A stretch of 64,000 nt of DNA from Bacillota bacterium (GCA_024653485.1 JANLFY010000003.1:112686-176685); one strand, 5' to 3'; positions 49,864-59,422 are shown, counted from the stretch's first letter. Numbers and translations: made by a program. The notes: generated by a model not told the origin, from the letters alone.

Positions 49864-50179
49864 ACGTCACACCCCCCCAAGAGAAATCGCAGCTTGTCCC
49901 GCGTCACCAGTATAGCACACCTGACAGCCCGACGGGCAACGGGTCGCTCCCACGCAGCGTATTCGACACTTCTACCGCTCCTCCTTCCCAACGCCGCTCA
50001 GGCCGATTCAGGCACCACAGAACGTCAATCCCCGGAGTGCCGGGCTACCGAGCGGCATGTGGGCGTCGCGACTCTCGCTTGCGCGCGCCTGGGCCACGGG
50101 CCTTTCTTTCACGCTGACGTCTGAAGGGGCAAAGCCCGTCTCGTGTGCAAGTTGAACCCTCCAGACCCGTCAACTACAA

Positions 50180-50208
50180 GGGGCGGCGCTACCGAGCTGC
50201 GCCGCCCC
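50180..50208 (-). terminator. Hairpin GGGGCGGCGC-N9-GCGCCGCCCC ~130 nt downstream of hydA
   Basis: 10-bp GC stem seen directly. Followed on the minus strand by UUGUAGUU. Confidence 0.4.
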
Positions 50209-50337
50209 TGCCGTTCTCCGCTACCGGGCCGTTCCAATGTCGCTCAACCCTTGGGGTTTCCGCCCTCGAGGTTCACGCCCCGGGATCGCCATCGCCATGC
50301 CGGTGCACGGCACGGCGCGCGCACCGCTCACCCACCA

Positions 50338-52095
50338 TCAGCCTGCGGCCTCCGCGCACGCCTGCCCCGCCACCGAGGGGTACTTGTCCCTCGGGGTGTA
50401 GTGAGTGTGCAGCAGTCGATGTGACACTTCTCCCAGCGGCTCGCCCAGGAACTCGGCGTATATTTGTTTTATCGCCGGGTTCTCGTGGGACTTTCGGTAG
50501 GGCAGTCCCTTGTCGGCCTCGTACAAAGCGTTCCCGCGGATCAACCTAGTCTCCATGGTCGTTGGGATCGGCTGTCCGCCTCCTCCTACGCATCCGCCCG
50601 GACAACACATTATCTCTATGAAATGGTAGTTCGCCTTGCCCTGGCGCAGTAGGTCCAGGATCTTCTTGGCGTTTCCGAGGCCGTGCGCTACGGCGACCCT
50701 GACATCCAGGTCTCCCACCTTGACCTGCGCCTCTTTGATGCCCTCGAGCCCTCTGACCTCCTCAAAGTCGATCCTGGGAAGCTCGTTTCCGGTGGCGACT
50801 TCGTACACCGTTCGCAACGCCGCTTCCATCACGCCACCAGTCGCGCCGAAGATCGCGGCCGCTCCCGTGGAGATCCCCATCGGGTCATCGTGCTCCTCTT
50901 CAGGAAGGTCTTCGAAGCGGATGCCCGCCTCGCGCAGCATCCTCCCCAGCTCACGGCTAGTGAGCACGACGTCGACGTCCTTGTACCCTGAGTCGCGCAT
51001 CTCAGGTCTGTCGGCCTCGTACTTCTTCGCGGTGCAAGGCATGAGCGACACTGAGAAGATATCCTTCGGGTCGATGCCGGCCTTGCGCGCGTAATACGTC
51101 TTGACGAGGGCTCCGAACATCTGTTGAGGCGACTTGCATGTGGATACGTGTTTGAGCAAGTCTGGGTAGAAGTGTTCCCCGAACTTGATCCACCCTGGGC
51201 TGCAAGAAGTTATGAGGGGAAGCACGCCGCCCTCCTTCAGCCTCTTGAGGAACTCGTTGCCCTCCTCGATGATCGTCAAGTCCGCCGTGAAATCCGTGTC
51301 CATCACGCGGTCGAACCCCAGCCTCCGGAGGGCGGCCACGAGTTTGCCCGTGATAATCCGCCCGGGCGGCAATCCCATTTCCTCGCCGATGCTGACTCGG
51401 GTCGCCGGGGCGGTCTGGACCACCACGTGCTTGTTTGGATCGGCGAGCGCCCGCCACACGCGTTCGGTGTCGTCCCTTTCCGCAATGGCGCCAACAGGGC
51501 ACGCGTGGATGCACTGCCCGCACAAGGCGCACGCTACCTCGTCGAGCTCCCTCGCAAACACCGGCGTTACCTGCGTATCCACTCCTCGGCGCGACGGAAA
51601 GAGCACCCCGGCCGCCTGCACGTCGTGGCACATGGATACGCAACGGCGGCAGAGAATGCACTTGTCGGGCTCCCGGACTATCGCCGGAGTTGAGTGGTCT
51701 TCGGGAAGTCCGCGCAGCTTGCGTTCGAACCGTATCTCCCTCATCCCGAACCGCTCAGCGAGCGCCTGGAGCTCGCAATTGCGGTTTCTCACGCACTGGA
51801 GGCAATCTTGAGGGTGACGGGCGAGGAGAAGCTCGAGGTTCAGCTTCCTAGCCTGCCGGACCCTTGGCGTGTTGGTGTACACCACCATCCCATCCTGCAC
51901 CGGAAAGGCGCACGCAGGCTGGAGCAGCTTCTGGCCCTCGATATCAACCACACATATTCGGCAGACGGCCTGCACTGCGAGATCTGGATGGTGGCACAGC
52001 GTGGGGATGTCCACGCCGAGCTTCTTAGCGGCGTCCAGGATGCTTGTGCCGGCATCCACTTCGACCTTCCGGCCGTCTATCGTCAGCACTGCCAT
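50338..52095 (-). CDS. hydA: [FeFe] hydrogenase catalytic subunit (HydA, NADH-dependent bifurcating type)
   Basis: N-terminal 2Fe-2S ferredoxin-like and 4Fe-4S domains. H-cluster motifs TSCSPGW, MPCTAKKYE and EIMCCPGGCVGGGGQP. Start at the internal M (MAVLTIDGRKVEV). Confidence 0.9.
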   Translation of the reverse strand: MAVLTIDGRKVEVDAGTSILDAAKKLGVDIPTLCHHPDLAVQAVCRICVVDIEGQKLLQPACAFPVQDGMVVYTNTPRVRQARKLNLELLLARHPQDCLQCVRNRNCELQALAERFGMREIRFERKLRGLPEDHSTPAIVREPDKCILCRRCVSMCHDVQAAGVLFPSRRGVDTQVTPVFARELDEVACALCGQCIHACPVGAIAERDDTERVWRALADPNKHVVVQTAPATRVSIGEEMGLPPGRIITGKLVAALRRLGFDRVMDTDFTADLTIIEEGNEFLKRLKEGGVLPLITSCSPGWIKFGEHFYPDLLKHVSTCKSPQQMFGALVKTYYARKAGIDPKDIFSVSLMPCTAKKYEADRPEMRDSGYKDVDVVLTSRELGRMLREAGIRFEDLPEEEHDDPMGISTGAAAIFGATGGVMEAALRTVYEVATGNELPRIDFEEVRGLEGIKEAQVKVGDLDVRVAVAHGLGNAKKILDLLRQGKANYHFIEIMCCPGGCVGGGGQPIPTTMETRLIRGNALYEADKGLPYRKSHENPAIKQIYAEFLGEPLGEVSHRLLHTHYTPRDKYPSVAGQACAEAAG

Positions 52096-52139
52096 AGGCG
52101 CATCACTCCTTCCGTCTCTCCTGCTCGAGCCTGGCGGGT

Positions 52140-53750
52140 TCATATCCCGCACGTCCCGGTGGGACAGAGCCTCTCGTGCACGTGCGCGTGGAACTCATCA
52201 CGGAAGTACTTGAGCATGGTCTTGATAGGGACGGGCGCCGACTGACCCAGGCCGCACAAGGATGTTGCCTGCATCGCCGCGCCAAGTTCCTCGAGTAACT
52301 CGAGGTCGCCCGGCTGCCCGTCGCCCCGGGCGATCTTGTCGACGATCTCGTAGAGACGCGCGGTACCCTCCCGGCACGGCGTGCACTTGCCGCACGACTC
52401 GTGCTTGAAGAACTCCATGAAACACCTGGCGATGTCGACTATGCAGTGACTGTCGTCCATGATGAGGAGGGCGCCAGAGCCGAGCGCCGACCCGTGCTCA
52501 GGCAGGGTAAAGTAGTCCATCGGCACGTCCAGCAACTCCTTGGGGAGGCATCCCCCTGAAGTCCCGCCCGTCTGGGCCATCTTGAAGCCCCTGCCCCCTG
52601 GTATTCCCCCGCCTATCTCGAACACCACGCGGCGCAGCGTTATCCCCATGGGCACCTCGATGAGCCCCTTGTTCTTGATATCCCCGGTGAGAGTGAAGAC
52701 TTTGGTTCCAGGGCACCTCTCGGTGCCGACTCGCCGGAACCATTCAGGCCCGTTCAAGAGAATGGGCGGGATGTTGGCGAGCGTCTCGACGTTATTGACC
52801 ACAGTGGGCTTCCCGAACAAGCCCTCCGTCCCAGGATATGGCGGCTTCACTCTGGGCTCACCGCGCTTGCCTTCGATCGACTCTATGAGGGCGGTTTCCT
52901 CTCCGCACACATACGCCCCCGCGCCCTTCCTTATCTCAACATCAAATGAGAAGCCGGTGCCGAAAACGTTCTGTCCGAGGAGGCCAAGGGCCCTTGCCTG
53001 CTCTATGGCCTTCCCCAGCCTCTCGATGGAGAGCACGTACTCTCCTCTCACATACACGAAACCCTTGTCCGCTCCCACCGCATAGCCCGCTATGGCCATT
53101 CCCTCTAGTATGCTGTGGGGATCTCCCTCAAGGATCAGGCGGTCCTTGAAAGTGCCTGGTTCCCCCTCGTCGGCATTACACAGAATGTACTTTTGGTCGG
53201 CTCCGGCCTTCGCAGTGAAACTCCACTTCAGGCCCGTTGGAAACGCCGCGCCCCCTCTGCCGACGAGCCCAGACTTCTTCACAGCCTCGATGACGTCCGC
53301 GGGCTTCATCTCTGTGAGGCACCTCGCAAGTGCCCTGTAGCCGTCACGCGCGATGTACTCCTCGATGGATTCGGGATCTATCACTCCGCAGTTACGCAGG
53401 ACTATCCGTTCTTGCACCCCGAGATATTTCGGTTCCTCGTACTTCACGACCCCCGCCTGCGGCGCCTCGCCAACAAGCCGTGCCACGACTCTCCCTTTCA
53501 GGAGGTGTTCCTCGACTATGTCGGGGACGTCGGAGACGCGGACCTTCTGATACAGCGTGCCCTCAGGATAGACGACGATCACGGGCCCTAAGTCGCAAGG
53601 CCCCAGGCAGCCGGTTTCGACCACCTTCACTTCCCTCTCAAGCCCTCGCCGCTGCACCTCGGCTACGAGCGCGTCGCGCACTCCCTTGCAGCCCTCGAGC
53701 ACGCACGGGGTCCCTCCACAGACCAGGACGTGCGAACGGTAGAACTCCAC
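52140..53750 (-). CDS. hydB: Hydrogenase subunit HydB (NuoF-like NADH-binding, FMN, Fe-S)
   Basis: GRGGAAFPTGLKW...CNADEGEPGTFKDR NuoF signature with C-terminal ferredoxin-like Cys motifs, 536 aa. Confidence 0.9.
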   Translation of the reverse strand: MEFYRSHVLVCGGTPCVLEGCKGVRDALVAEVQRRGLEREVKVVETGCLGPCDLGPVIVVYPEGTLYQKVRVSDVPDIVEEHLLKGRVVARLVGEAPQAGVVKYEEPKYLGVQERIVLRNCGVIDPESIEEYIARDGYRALARCLTEMKPADVIEAVKKSGLVGRGGAAFPTGLKWSFTAKAGADQKYILCNADEGEPGTFKDRLILEGDPHSILEGMAIAGYAVGADKGFVYVRGEYVLSIERLGKAIEQARALGLLGQNVFGTGFSFDVEIRKGAGAYVCGEETALIESIEGKRGEPRVKPPYPGTEGLFGKPTVVNNVETLANIPPILLNGPEWFRRVGTERCPGTKVFTLTGDIKNKGLIEVPMGITLRRVVFEIGGGIPGGRGFKMAQTGGTSGGCLPKELLDVPMDYFTLPEHGSALGSGALLIMDDSHCIVDIARCFMEFFKHESCGKCTPCREGTARLYEIVDKIARGDGQPGDLELLEELGAAMQATSLCGLGQSAPVPIKTMLKYFRDEFHAHVHERLCPTGTCGI

Positions 53751-53780
53751 GGGCGCAAACCTCCCTTCTTGGCGTAGGCG

Positions 53781-54260
53781 TCACTTGTACTCCTTCAGGA
53801 TCAGCGGGACCCTTTCGGGAGTGAGGTTGCCGTAGACTGCCTCGTTGATCATGATGGCCGGCGCGACACCGCAAACCCCGAGGCAACTCGTGTACTCGAG
53901 CGTGAACCTGCCGTCGCTGGTTGTACCTCCCATCGGGATGCCAAGCTCCCTCTCGAGCGCCTCAACCACGGCTCGTGCCCCCCTCACGTGGCACGGAGCG
54001 TTCTCACAAACGCGCACTATGTACCTGCCTTTGGGTCTCGTTGAGAACAACGTGTAGAACGTCGCGACGCCGTACACCTTGGACACGGGGATGTCGAGTT
54101 CGGAAGCGATCTCTGTCATGGCTTTCTCTGAAACGTAACCTGCTTCTTTCTGAACATCGTGAAGGATCGACACGAGGGCGTCAGGTCTGCGAGAATACTT
54201 TGCCAGGATTTCGCTGACTCTGGTCGAGCAAATGCCCGGATCTCCCGCCGCTCGCTCCAT
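53781..54260 (-). CDS. hydC: Hydrogenase subunit HydC (NuoE-like [2Fe-2S] thioredoxin-like)
   Basis: NuoE-like ORF with CENAPC...C...C[2Fe-2S] motif (VRVCENAPCHVRGA ... SCLGVCGVAP). Start at the internal ATG with GGGGAAGAGAGC RBS. Confidence 0.85.
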   Translation of the reverse strand: MERAAGDPGICSTRVSEILAKYSRRPDALVSILHDVQKEAGYVSEKAMTEIASELDIPVSKVYGVATFYTLFSTRPKGRYIVRVCENAPCHVRGARAVVEALERELGIPMGGTTSDGRFTLEYTSCLGVCGVAPAIMINEAVYGNLTPERVPLILKEYK

Positions 54261-54292
54261 GCTCTCTTCCCCCCTTTCCCCTAAGACGCGCT

Positions 54293-54664
54293 TCACGCGC
54301 TGGCTATGACCCACTCTCCTACAACCTGGCCGTTGACTATGTGGCTCGCCACAATCTGGCGCGCCCTCTCCTTGCTCACCTTCCCATAGGTCACCTTTGC
54401 GGCACCGGGCTTGATGACGTCCACGATGGGCTCTTGCTCGCACAGACCCACGCAGCCGGTTTGGGTGACCACGACGTCCTGGATGTTCCTCTTCGCGAGC
54501 TCATCTAGGATCGCGGAAAGCGTCTCCCTTGCCCCAGCGGCGATTCCGCACGTGCCCATTCCCACGACGATCCTCGTCGTCTCCCTGCCCTCCCTCAGCC
54601 TTGTCATGGCCTGAGCCTGTTTTCTGATTCGCTCCAGCTCCTCAACGGTCTTCATCGCAGACAC
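54293..54664 (-). CDS. Thioredoxin-like [2Fe-2S] ferredoxin (hydrogenase-associated)
   Basis: 123 aa with Cys pattern GMGTCGIAAG ... GCVGLCEQEP, first gene of the hyd structural operon. Confidence 0.7.
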   Translation of the reverse strand: MSAMKTVEELERIRKQAQAMTRLREGRETTRIVVGMGTCGIAAGARETLSAILDELAKRNIQDVVVTQTGCVGLCEQEPIVDVIKPGAAKVTYGKVSKERARQIVASHIVNGQVVGEWVIASA

Positions 54665-54742
54665 CTCCTGAGCTTTCCCCTCTCGACGCTTTCTAGATCG
54701 AGCTCACAGTTGTTTCGCCGACTCCGCACATGCTTGGGGACT

Positions 54743-54760
54743 TTGCGCCTTACTTCACAA
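54743..54760. promoter_or_regulatory. Candidate Rex operator (degenerate): TTGCGCC-TTAC-TTCACAA
   Basis: 11/14 match to the Firmicute Rex box TTGTGAA-N4-TTCACAA with a perfect right half-site, ~80 nt upstream of the hyd operon start. Confidence 0.3.
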
Positions 54761-54803
54761 TCCCCCTTTCAAGAACCCGCGCTAAACTTCCCACACCGCA
54801 CTT

Positions 54804-54832
54804 ATGATACCATCGCCCAGGCCAGCGGGCAA
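54804..54832 (-). promoter_or_regulatory. Candidate sigma-A promoter for the hyd operon (TTGCCC-N17-TGgTATCAT)
   Basis: Read on the minus strand upstream of the ferredoxin gene. Confidence 0.3.
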
Positions 54833-54910
54833 TAGGCGTTCCGCGCTCCATATGCTATGCTCCACAGCGGTTCCAGAACGCCGAGGCGGTTTCCTCCTGG
54901 GCTCGTGTGG

Positions 54911-55342
54911 TCATTCTCTGCCCACGATCCGTGTGATCTCCGCCCGGAACCGTGCTGGGTTCACACGCCTGTCGTAAGTGTACACGAGGCTGTACGACGC
55001 GGCGAGCAGCGCCAGGCCGAAAATCACGCCTAACAGGGAGGCCGCGCCCGATCTCCCGGCCGACCGAGCGAGGACGGCGCCAAGGTATATGCCCGCCATC
55101 ATGAAGAAGAGCGGGATCATGTACGCGATGAACGCCGCCCCCAACACTCTGGAGCTTTCGAGCTCGAGAGCCACCTCATCACCCGGGCGGGCGCCGATCG
55201 CATTCGTCGCTTCCACCACCATTCTGTCGGCGCGGCCCAGACCGCACGCCCCGCAGTGGCGGCACGCCTCATGGCGCGTGACTTCCACTTTGGCCAGCCC
55301 TCCGGACACCTCGATCACCCTACCGCGTTCTTCCACGAACAA
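54911..55342 (-). CDS. RseC/MucC-family Fe-S/membrane protein (SoxR-reducing system-like)
   Basis: 143 aa, N-terminal CRHCGACG cysteine cluster and C-terminal TM helices. Confidence 0.6.
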   Translation of the reverse strand: MFVEERGRVIEVSGGLAKVEVTRHEACRHCGACGLGRADRMVVEATNAIGARPGDEVALELESSRVLGAAFIAYMIPLFFMMAGIYLGAVLARSAGRSGAASLLGVIFGLALLAASYSLVYTYDRRVNPARFRAEITRIVGRE

Positions 55343-55375
55343 CCAGCCTCCGCAACGACCCCTCGCTCACCAGAC

Positions 55376-55921
55376 TCACGCACGCTGGACCGGTTCCAGG
55401 CCCTGTCGGATAAGGTCCTTCACGACGCCCGCAAGGGCCGGGGTGGTCGGAGGGATGTCTCCCAGAGCCCTCCGAAACTCCTCCGAGTCGAAAGAGAACC
55501 ATCTAGCCCCTCTCCTGTGAGTATACCTGAACCTCACTTCAGGATTGCACACGACGAGGAGCGCGAGCGTCCCCGCCATGTCGCCCAGGGGGGCTCTGTC
55601 GATGCTGTCAAGCCTGAACGTGGCTCGCACCTCCGTTCCGCGCCCCGGTTGCGACTTGATGGCTAGGTCGCCCCCGGCGGCTCTCGCGGCCTCGCGGAAA
55701 AGAGGAAGCCCGAGCCCTACCTTGCGGGAGGTCCGCGACGTGTAAAAGGGGTCCAGCACGACGCTTAGTATCTCCGGCGGAACGCCGACACCATCGTCAG
55801 AGACCTCTATCGAGAGAAGGCCTGACTCCTCATCCTCCGAGACCGTCACGTCTACCGTCTTCGCCCCCGCAGCAATGGAGTTTTGAACTATGTCCAGGAC
55901 GTGCAAGGAAAGCTCCCGCAC
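55376..55921 (-). CDS. Histidine-kinase-like ATPase (HATPase_c only) of the hydrogenase sensory cluster
   Basis: N-box LHVLDIVQNS, G1 SDDGVG and G2 GLGLPL. No HisKA domain. GTG start with GGGAGG RBS. Confidence 0.6.
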   Translation of the reverse strand: MRELSLHVLDIVQNSIAAGAKTVDVTVSEDEESGLLSIEVSDDGVGVPPEILSVVLDPFYTSRTSRKVGLGLPLFREAARAAGGDLAIKSQPGRGTEVRATFRLDSIDRAPLGDMAGTLALLVVCNPEVRFRYTHRRGARWFSFDSEEFRRALGDIPPTTPALAGVVKDLIRQGLEPVQRA

Positions 55922-55940
55922 ACCGCTGCCTCCCTGTCGG

Positions 55941-56720
55941 TCATTCCACCGGCCGCGCGGCCCGCCCTTCGACTCCCGCGAGCGCCAGCCTGATCTCATC
56001 CAAGGTCGGTCTGTCCAGCACAAACGCGGTATACCCGCGGATCTCCTCCAGCCTGTGGGCGTCAGAGGATACCACGATCGGAAACGCCGCAAGCTGGGGG
56101 AACATCTCCCTCGCACGCCGGGCTCCCAGCCTCGGAGAGACTTCCAGTGCATCGGGGCGGAGACCGGGAGGCACGAGGCCGAGGTTCCGGACGAGGCTGA
56201 AAGACGGTCTGTCCACGTGCGCGGGGACTACCAGCCCCCCGAGTTGCCGCACGCGCTCTCCCACATAGTCGATGGTCATACCCGTCGAAGCGAGGAGAAG
56301 CCTGGACAATCTCCCCGTCTGGTAACCTCGCGAGTCGAGTATGATCTGCTCCCCGAACCTCGCTTCATCGTTCTCCACGTCAGGAAGGCTCGCGTACACT
56401 TCCTCCTGCCAGCGAAAAAGGGCCCGCGGGTCATCGAACAGCGCAAGGACGTGGACGTCCTCCCGCGTCTGCACCTCCATCCCGCACAGCACCACCACCC
56501 CCGCCTTTGCGCCACTCTGGGCAACCGCGAGAGTGTTCTCCGCGGAGTTGTGGTCACAGATGCCGATGAGTCTCACTCCTCTTTCGGCGGCGGCCTCCAC
56601 TATGGCAGGCGGGGACATCTCGGCCTCTGCGCAAGGGGACAAAGCGGTATGCACGTGAAGGTCCGCAAGGTACAACTCCAACGACACGGCCGCCCATCCC
56701 TCCCGCGCTCCGTGGGACAC
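55941..56720 (-). CDS. PHP-domain phosphoesterase (hydrogenase sensory cluster)
   Basis: ADLHVHTALSPC...IGICDHNS PHP motifs. Precise start uncertain. Confidence 0.65.
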   Translation of the reverse strand: MSHGAREGWAAVSLELYLADLHVHTALSPCAEAEMSPPAIVEAAAERGVRLIGICDHNSAENTLAVAQSGAKAGVVVLCGMEVQTREDVHVLALFDDPRALFRWQEEVYASLPDVENDEARFGEQIILDSRGYQTGRLSRLLLASTGMTIDYVGERVRQLGGLVVPAHVDRPSFSLVRNLGLVPPGLRPDALEVSPRLGARRAREMFPQLAAFPIVVSSDAHRLEEIRGYTAFVLDRPTLDEIRLALAGVEGRAARPVE

Positions 56721-56752
56721 CCCTGCTCGCTCGTCAGAGCGGGCTAGGGCTT

Positions 56753-57106
56753 CTAGAGTCGGCCTCGTATCCCCGCCGCGTACAGGCGGCCCACGACCTC
56801 GAAGGCCGGCAGAGCAGTCTTGAGGAGTGGGATCCCCTCCTCTTCGGCTCTCCTTACTGCTTGGGGCTGACACTCGACCGCTCCCGCGACGATGATGGCC
56901 GCAAGCCCCACCAACGTCGCCACTGCGACTATGTTCTCGTGGGCTTGAACGGTCACCCAGATGTCACCGTCGCGGGCGTGCGCGATCACGTCGCTTAGCA
57001 GGTCCGACACGTACCCGCACCGTATCTCGGTGTCCAACCCGCCCGCGCCAGCCTCGACAGAGCACTCCAGCAAGTCAAGGACGTCCTGCACTGTCACGTC
57101 TTCCAC
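56753..57106 (-). CDS. DRTGG domain protein
   Basis: 117 aa, CGYVSDLLSDVIAHARDGDIWVTVQAHENIVAVATLVG, typical small DRTGG proteins associated with HydS clusters. Confidence 0.6.
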   Translation of the reverse strand: MEDVTVQDVLDLLECSVEAGAGGLDTEIRCGYVSDLLSDVIAHARDGDIWVTVQAHENIVAVATLVGLAAIIVAGAVECQPQAVRRAEEEGIPLLKTALPAFEVVGRLYAAGIRGRL

Positions 57107-58456
57107 TCACCCTTTGCCCACGTCCGCCTCGCGTTGGGCGCTCATGGCAGACGGGTTCTTCTTCGCGAGGTCGAAGAGTTGCTCCGCAAGTGCCTTCACC
57201 TGGTCTCGAAGCTTGAAGACGCAGTCGGTGTCAACTGCTAGACCCTGCACGATGTCCTCGGCGAGCGCCCTGCAGTGCGGCGATCCACACGACCCACAGT
57301 CGAGACCTGGCAGGTCCTTCACGACCCTCTCCATCATCTCTGCCTTGGAGATCGCCCTGGACACGTCGTGGTCGAGTCGGAACGCAGGAACTGCGGCGAT
57401 GTCCTGGCGCATGTCGAAGTAGCCTTCGTAGGCGCGCCGCGCAAGGTCTTCCTCTTCCTCGGCTGTGAAAGCCTTCACACCCGCGAACTTCTTCGCCAGC
57501 CTTGCCAGATGCACGTGGGCGATGAAAGGATTGCGCACGGCGAGAGCCCCGCCTACGCAGCCACCGATGCACGCCTGAGCCTCAACGAAATCCACGTCGG
57601 TCAGCCTGCCCACCTCGATTTCCTCGAGCACACGGATAACGCTGTGGATGCCGTCGACCACCAAGTAGTTTTCCAGCCCGACAGCGGCGTTCTCCCCACC
57701 GGTCCCTCCCCAGCCGATTCCCGCCCCCGAAGATCTGCGCCTGGGCGGCGGCGCGGTCTGGCTCGCCAACCGGCGTGCTATCTCGCCGTACACGTCAGTC
57801 ATGGAGACCACACCATCTACTGCGTTGAAGCCCCGGTTCGACGCCTCACGCACCCATGTCACCTTCGCCGGGCACGGGGTGATGAAGAACGTCCCGATTT
57901 CTTTCGGTTCGATTCCGAGTTCTCTCGTCTTGCTCTCTTTGGCGAGCTTACCCGCACACGCCATTGGGGAGTCAACGGGAATCAAGTGGTCTATGAGCGA
58001 CGGAAACCTCACCTGTATGAGCCTCACTACGGCGGGACAAGCGGCAGAGATCATCGGTCGAGTCTCTCGGTGCCGCCGAAGGTACTCGCGGGTCACGAAG
58101 GTAGCAACGTCCGCTCCGCGCGCGACTTCGAACACGTCGTCGAAGCCCATGTCGACCAGGGCTGCGAGCACGCGGTCTGGGTCCACGTCCGGCCCGAACT
58201 GCGCATAGAGCGCGGGGGCGGGAAGCGCGATGGTATACCTGAATTCCCGTAGCCGCTCCAGCGAATCCGTGATGGCCGTCTTCGCGTGGTTATCGCAGGT
58301 CCTTATGCACTCCCCGCAATCGATGCACCGCTCCGCGTTGATTCTGGCCTTGCCCTGCCTCACCCTTATGGCTTCGGTAGGGCAGTTCTTTATGCATCGC
58401 GTGCATCCTCGGCATTTCTCTTCGATCAGGAGGACCGAGTGGAACAGGCCGGTCAT
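57107..58456 (-). CDS. Sensory [FeFe]-hydrogenase-like protein (HydS/HfsB-type; H-cluster domain-like with N-terminal 2x[4Fe-4S] and C-terminal Cys4 motif)
   Basis: N-terminal CRGCTRCIKNCP / CIDCGECIRTCD ferredoxin motifs. Hydrogenase large-subunit-like core (FITPCPAKV, QACIGGCVGG). C-terminal CGSCGSPHC. No small-subunit or electron-transfer partner genes of its own. Confidence 0.7.
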   Translation of the reverse strand: MTGLFHSVLLIEEKCRGCTRCIKNCPTEAIRVRQGKARINAERCIDCGECIRTCDNHAKTAITDSLERLREFRYTIALPAPALYAQFGPDVDPDRVLAALVDMGFDDVFEVARGADVATFVTREYLRRHRETRPMISAACPAVVRLIQVRFPSLIDHLIPVDSPMACAGKLAKESKTRELGIEPKEIGTFFITPCPAKVTWVREASNRGFNAVDGVVSMTDVYGEIARRLASQTAPPPRRRSSGAGIGWGGTGGENAAVGLENYLVVDGIHSVIRVLEEIEVGRLTDVDFVEAQACIGGCVGGALAVRNPFIAHVHLARLAKKFAGVKAFTAEEEEDLARRAYEGYFDMRQDIAAVPAFRLDHDVSRAISKAEMMERVVKDLPGLDCGSCGSPHCRALAEDIVQGLAVDTDCVFKLRDQVKALAEQLFDLAKKNPSAMSAQREADVGKG

Positions 58457-58884
58457 GTCAGACTTCCTTTCGAGGGAAGGTTGATGATCATTCTGACGCT
58501 AGTGCCCCGCCCTACAGTGGACTCGATCCGGAATTCGTCGGAGTACCTCTTCATATTGGGCAAGCCCAGTCCGGCTCCGAACCCCATCTCCCGAACGTGC
58601 TCCGGTGCTGTGGAGTATCCCTCCTGCATCGCAAGGTGTATGTCTGGAATACCAGGACCCTCATCGTCCGCCGCGATCTCGATCCGCTCGGGAGAGATCT
58701 CAACGGTGAGGACTCCACGGAACGCGTGGATGACTATGTTCATCTCGGCTTCGTACGCCACGATCGCGGCCCTGCGAGCGGTCTCCGCGTCGACGCCAAC
58801 TTGCCGCAATGTTCGCTTGAGCTTCGCCGCAGCCTCCCCCGCCGCTTGAAAGTCCCCGCCTGCGACCTTGCACTCCATGCGCAT
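58453..58884 (-). CDS. Anti-sigma-factor-like Ser/Thr kinase ATPase (HATPase_c, SpoIIAB/RsbW-like)
   Basis: MRMECKVAGGDF...NIVIHAF...DDEGPGIPD...GFGAGLGLPNMKRYSDEF. Start at the internal M. Confidence 0.6.
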   Translation of the reverse strand: MRMECKVAGGDFQAAGEAAAKLKRTLRQVGVDAETARRAAIVAYEAEMNIVIHAFRGVLTVEISPERIEIAADDEGPGIPDIHLAMQEGYSTAPEHVREMGFGAGLGLPNMKRYSDEFRIESTVGRGTSVRMIINLPSKGSLT

Positions 58885-58888
58885 CGCG

Positions 58889-59422
58889 CTAGCCACCACC
58901 CGCAACGCGCGTCCTGGCGTCCTCGCACCCGGCTCTGGCGGTGGCGCTCGCACCCGCGCCCCCGCCGGCAGCGGGGGCACTCGCTCGAGAGTCCTGGCCG
59001 TCGTGAGAGTCTGCGACTCCCTCTCCACTGCTTTCCGCCCCGACGCCGGGCGTTCCATGGTCTTCAGCTCTCGGCCATGCGCACTTCCCGCGCAGGCCAG
59101 CCTCGAACAGAAGGCCGGCGGATTCGTACAGAGGGTACGACGTGCATAGAATGGGGATGCCGGCCTCCGCCGCCATGGCCACGATCTCTGCCGTGGGCCT
59201 CTTCCCGCGCACAAAGACGATGCCCGAGAGATCCATCATCTCGGCCGCACGTATTATCTGAGACGTGACAAGCCCCGTGAGAACGAGCATCCTTGCCTTC
59301 GTGAAGGCCAGCAGGTCGCTGATGAGGTCACATCCGCACGCACCTTCGATCTCCTCGTCGAGCTTGTCCTCTCCTGTAAGAACCGTAGCATCGAGAACCC
59401 TCATGACATCGCGCAGCCGCAA
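58889..59422 (-). CDS. DRTGG domain protein (second copy) with low-complexity C-terminal tail
   Basis: MRLRDVMRVLDATVLTGEDKLDEEIEGACGCDLISDLLAFTKARMLVLTGL... The G/A/S-rich tail after ~117 aa may not be translated. Confidence 0.55.
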   Translation of the reverse strand: MRLRDVMRVLDATVLTGEDKLDEEIEGACGCDLISDLLAFTKARMLVLTGLVTSQIIRAAEMMDLSGIVFVRGKRPTAEIVAMAAEAGIPILCTSYPLYESAGLLFEAGLRGKCAWPRAEDHGTPGVGAESSGEGVADSHDGQDSRASAPAAGGGAGASATARAGCEDARTRVAGGG

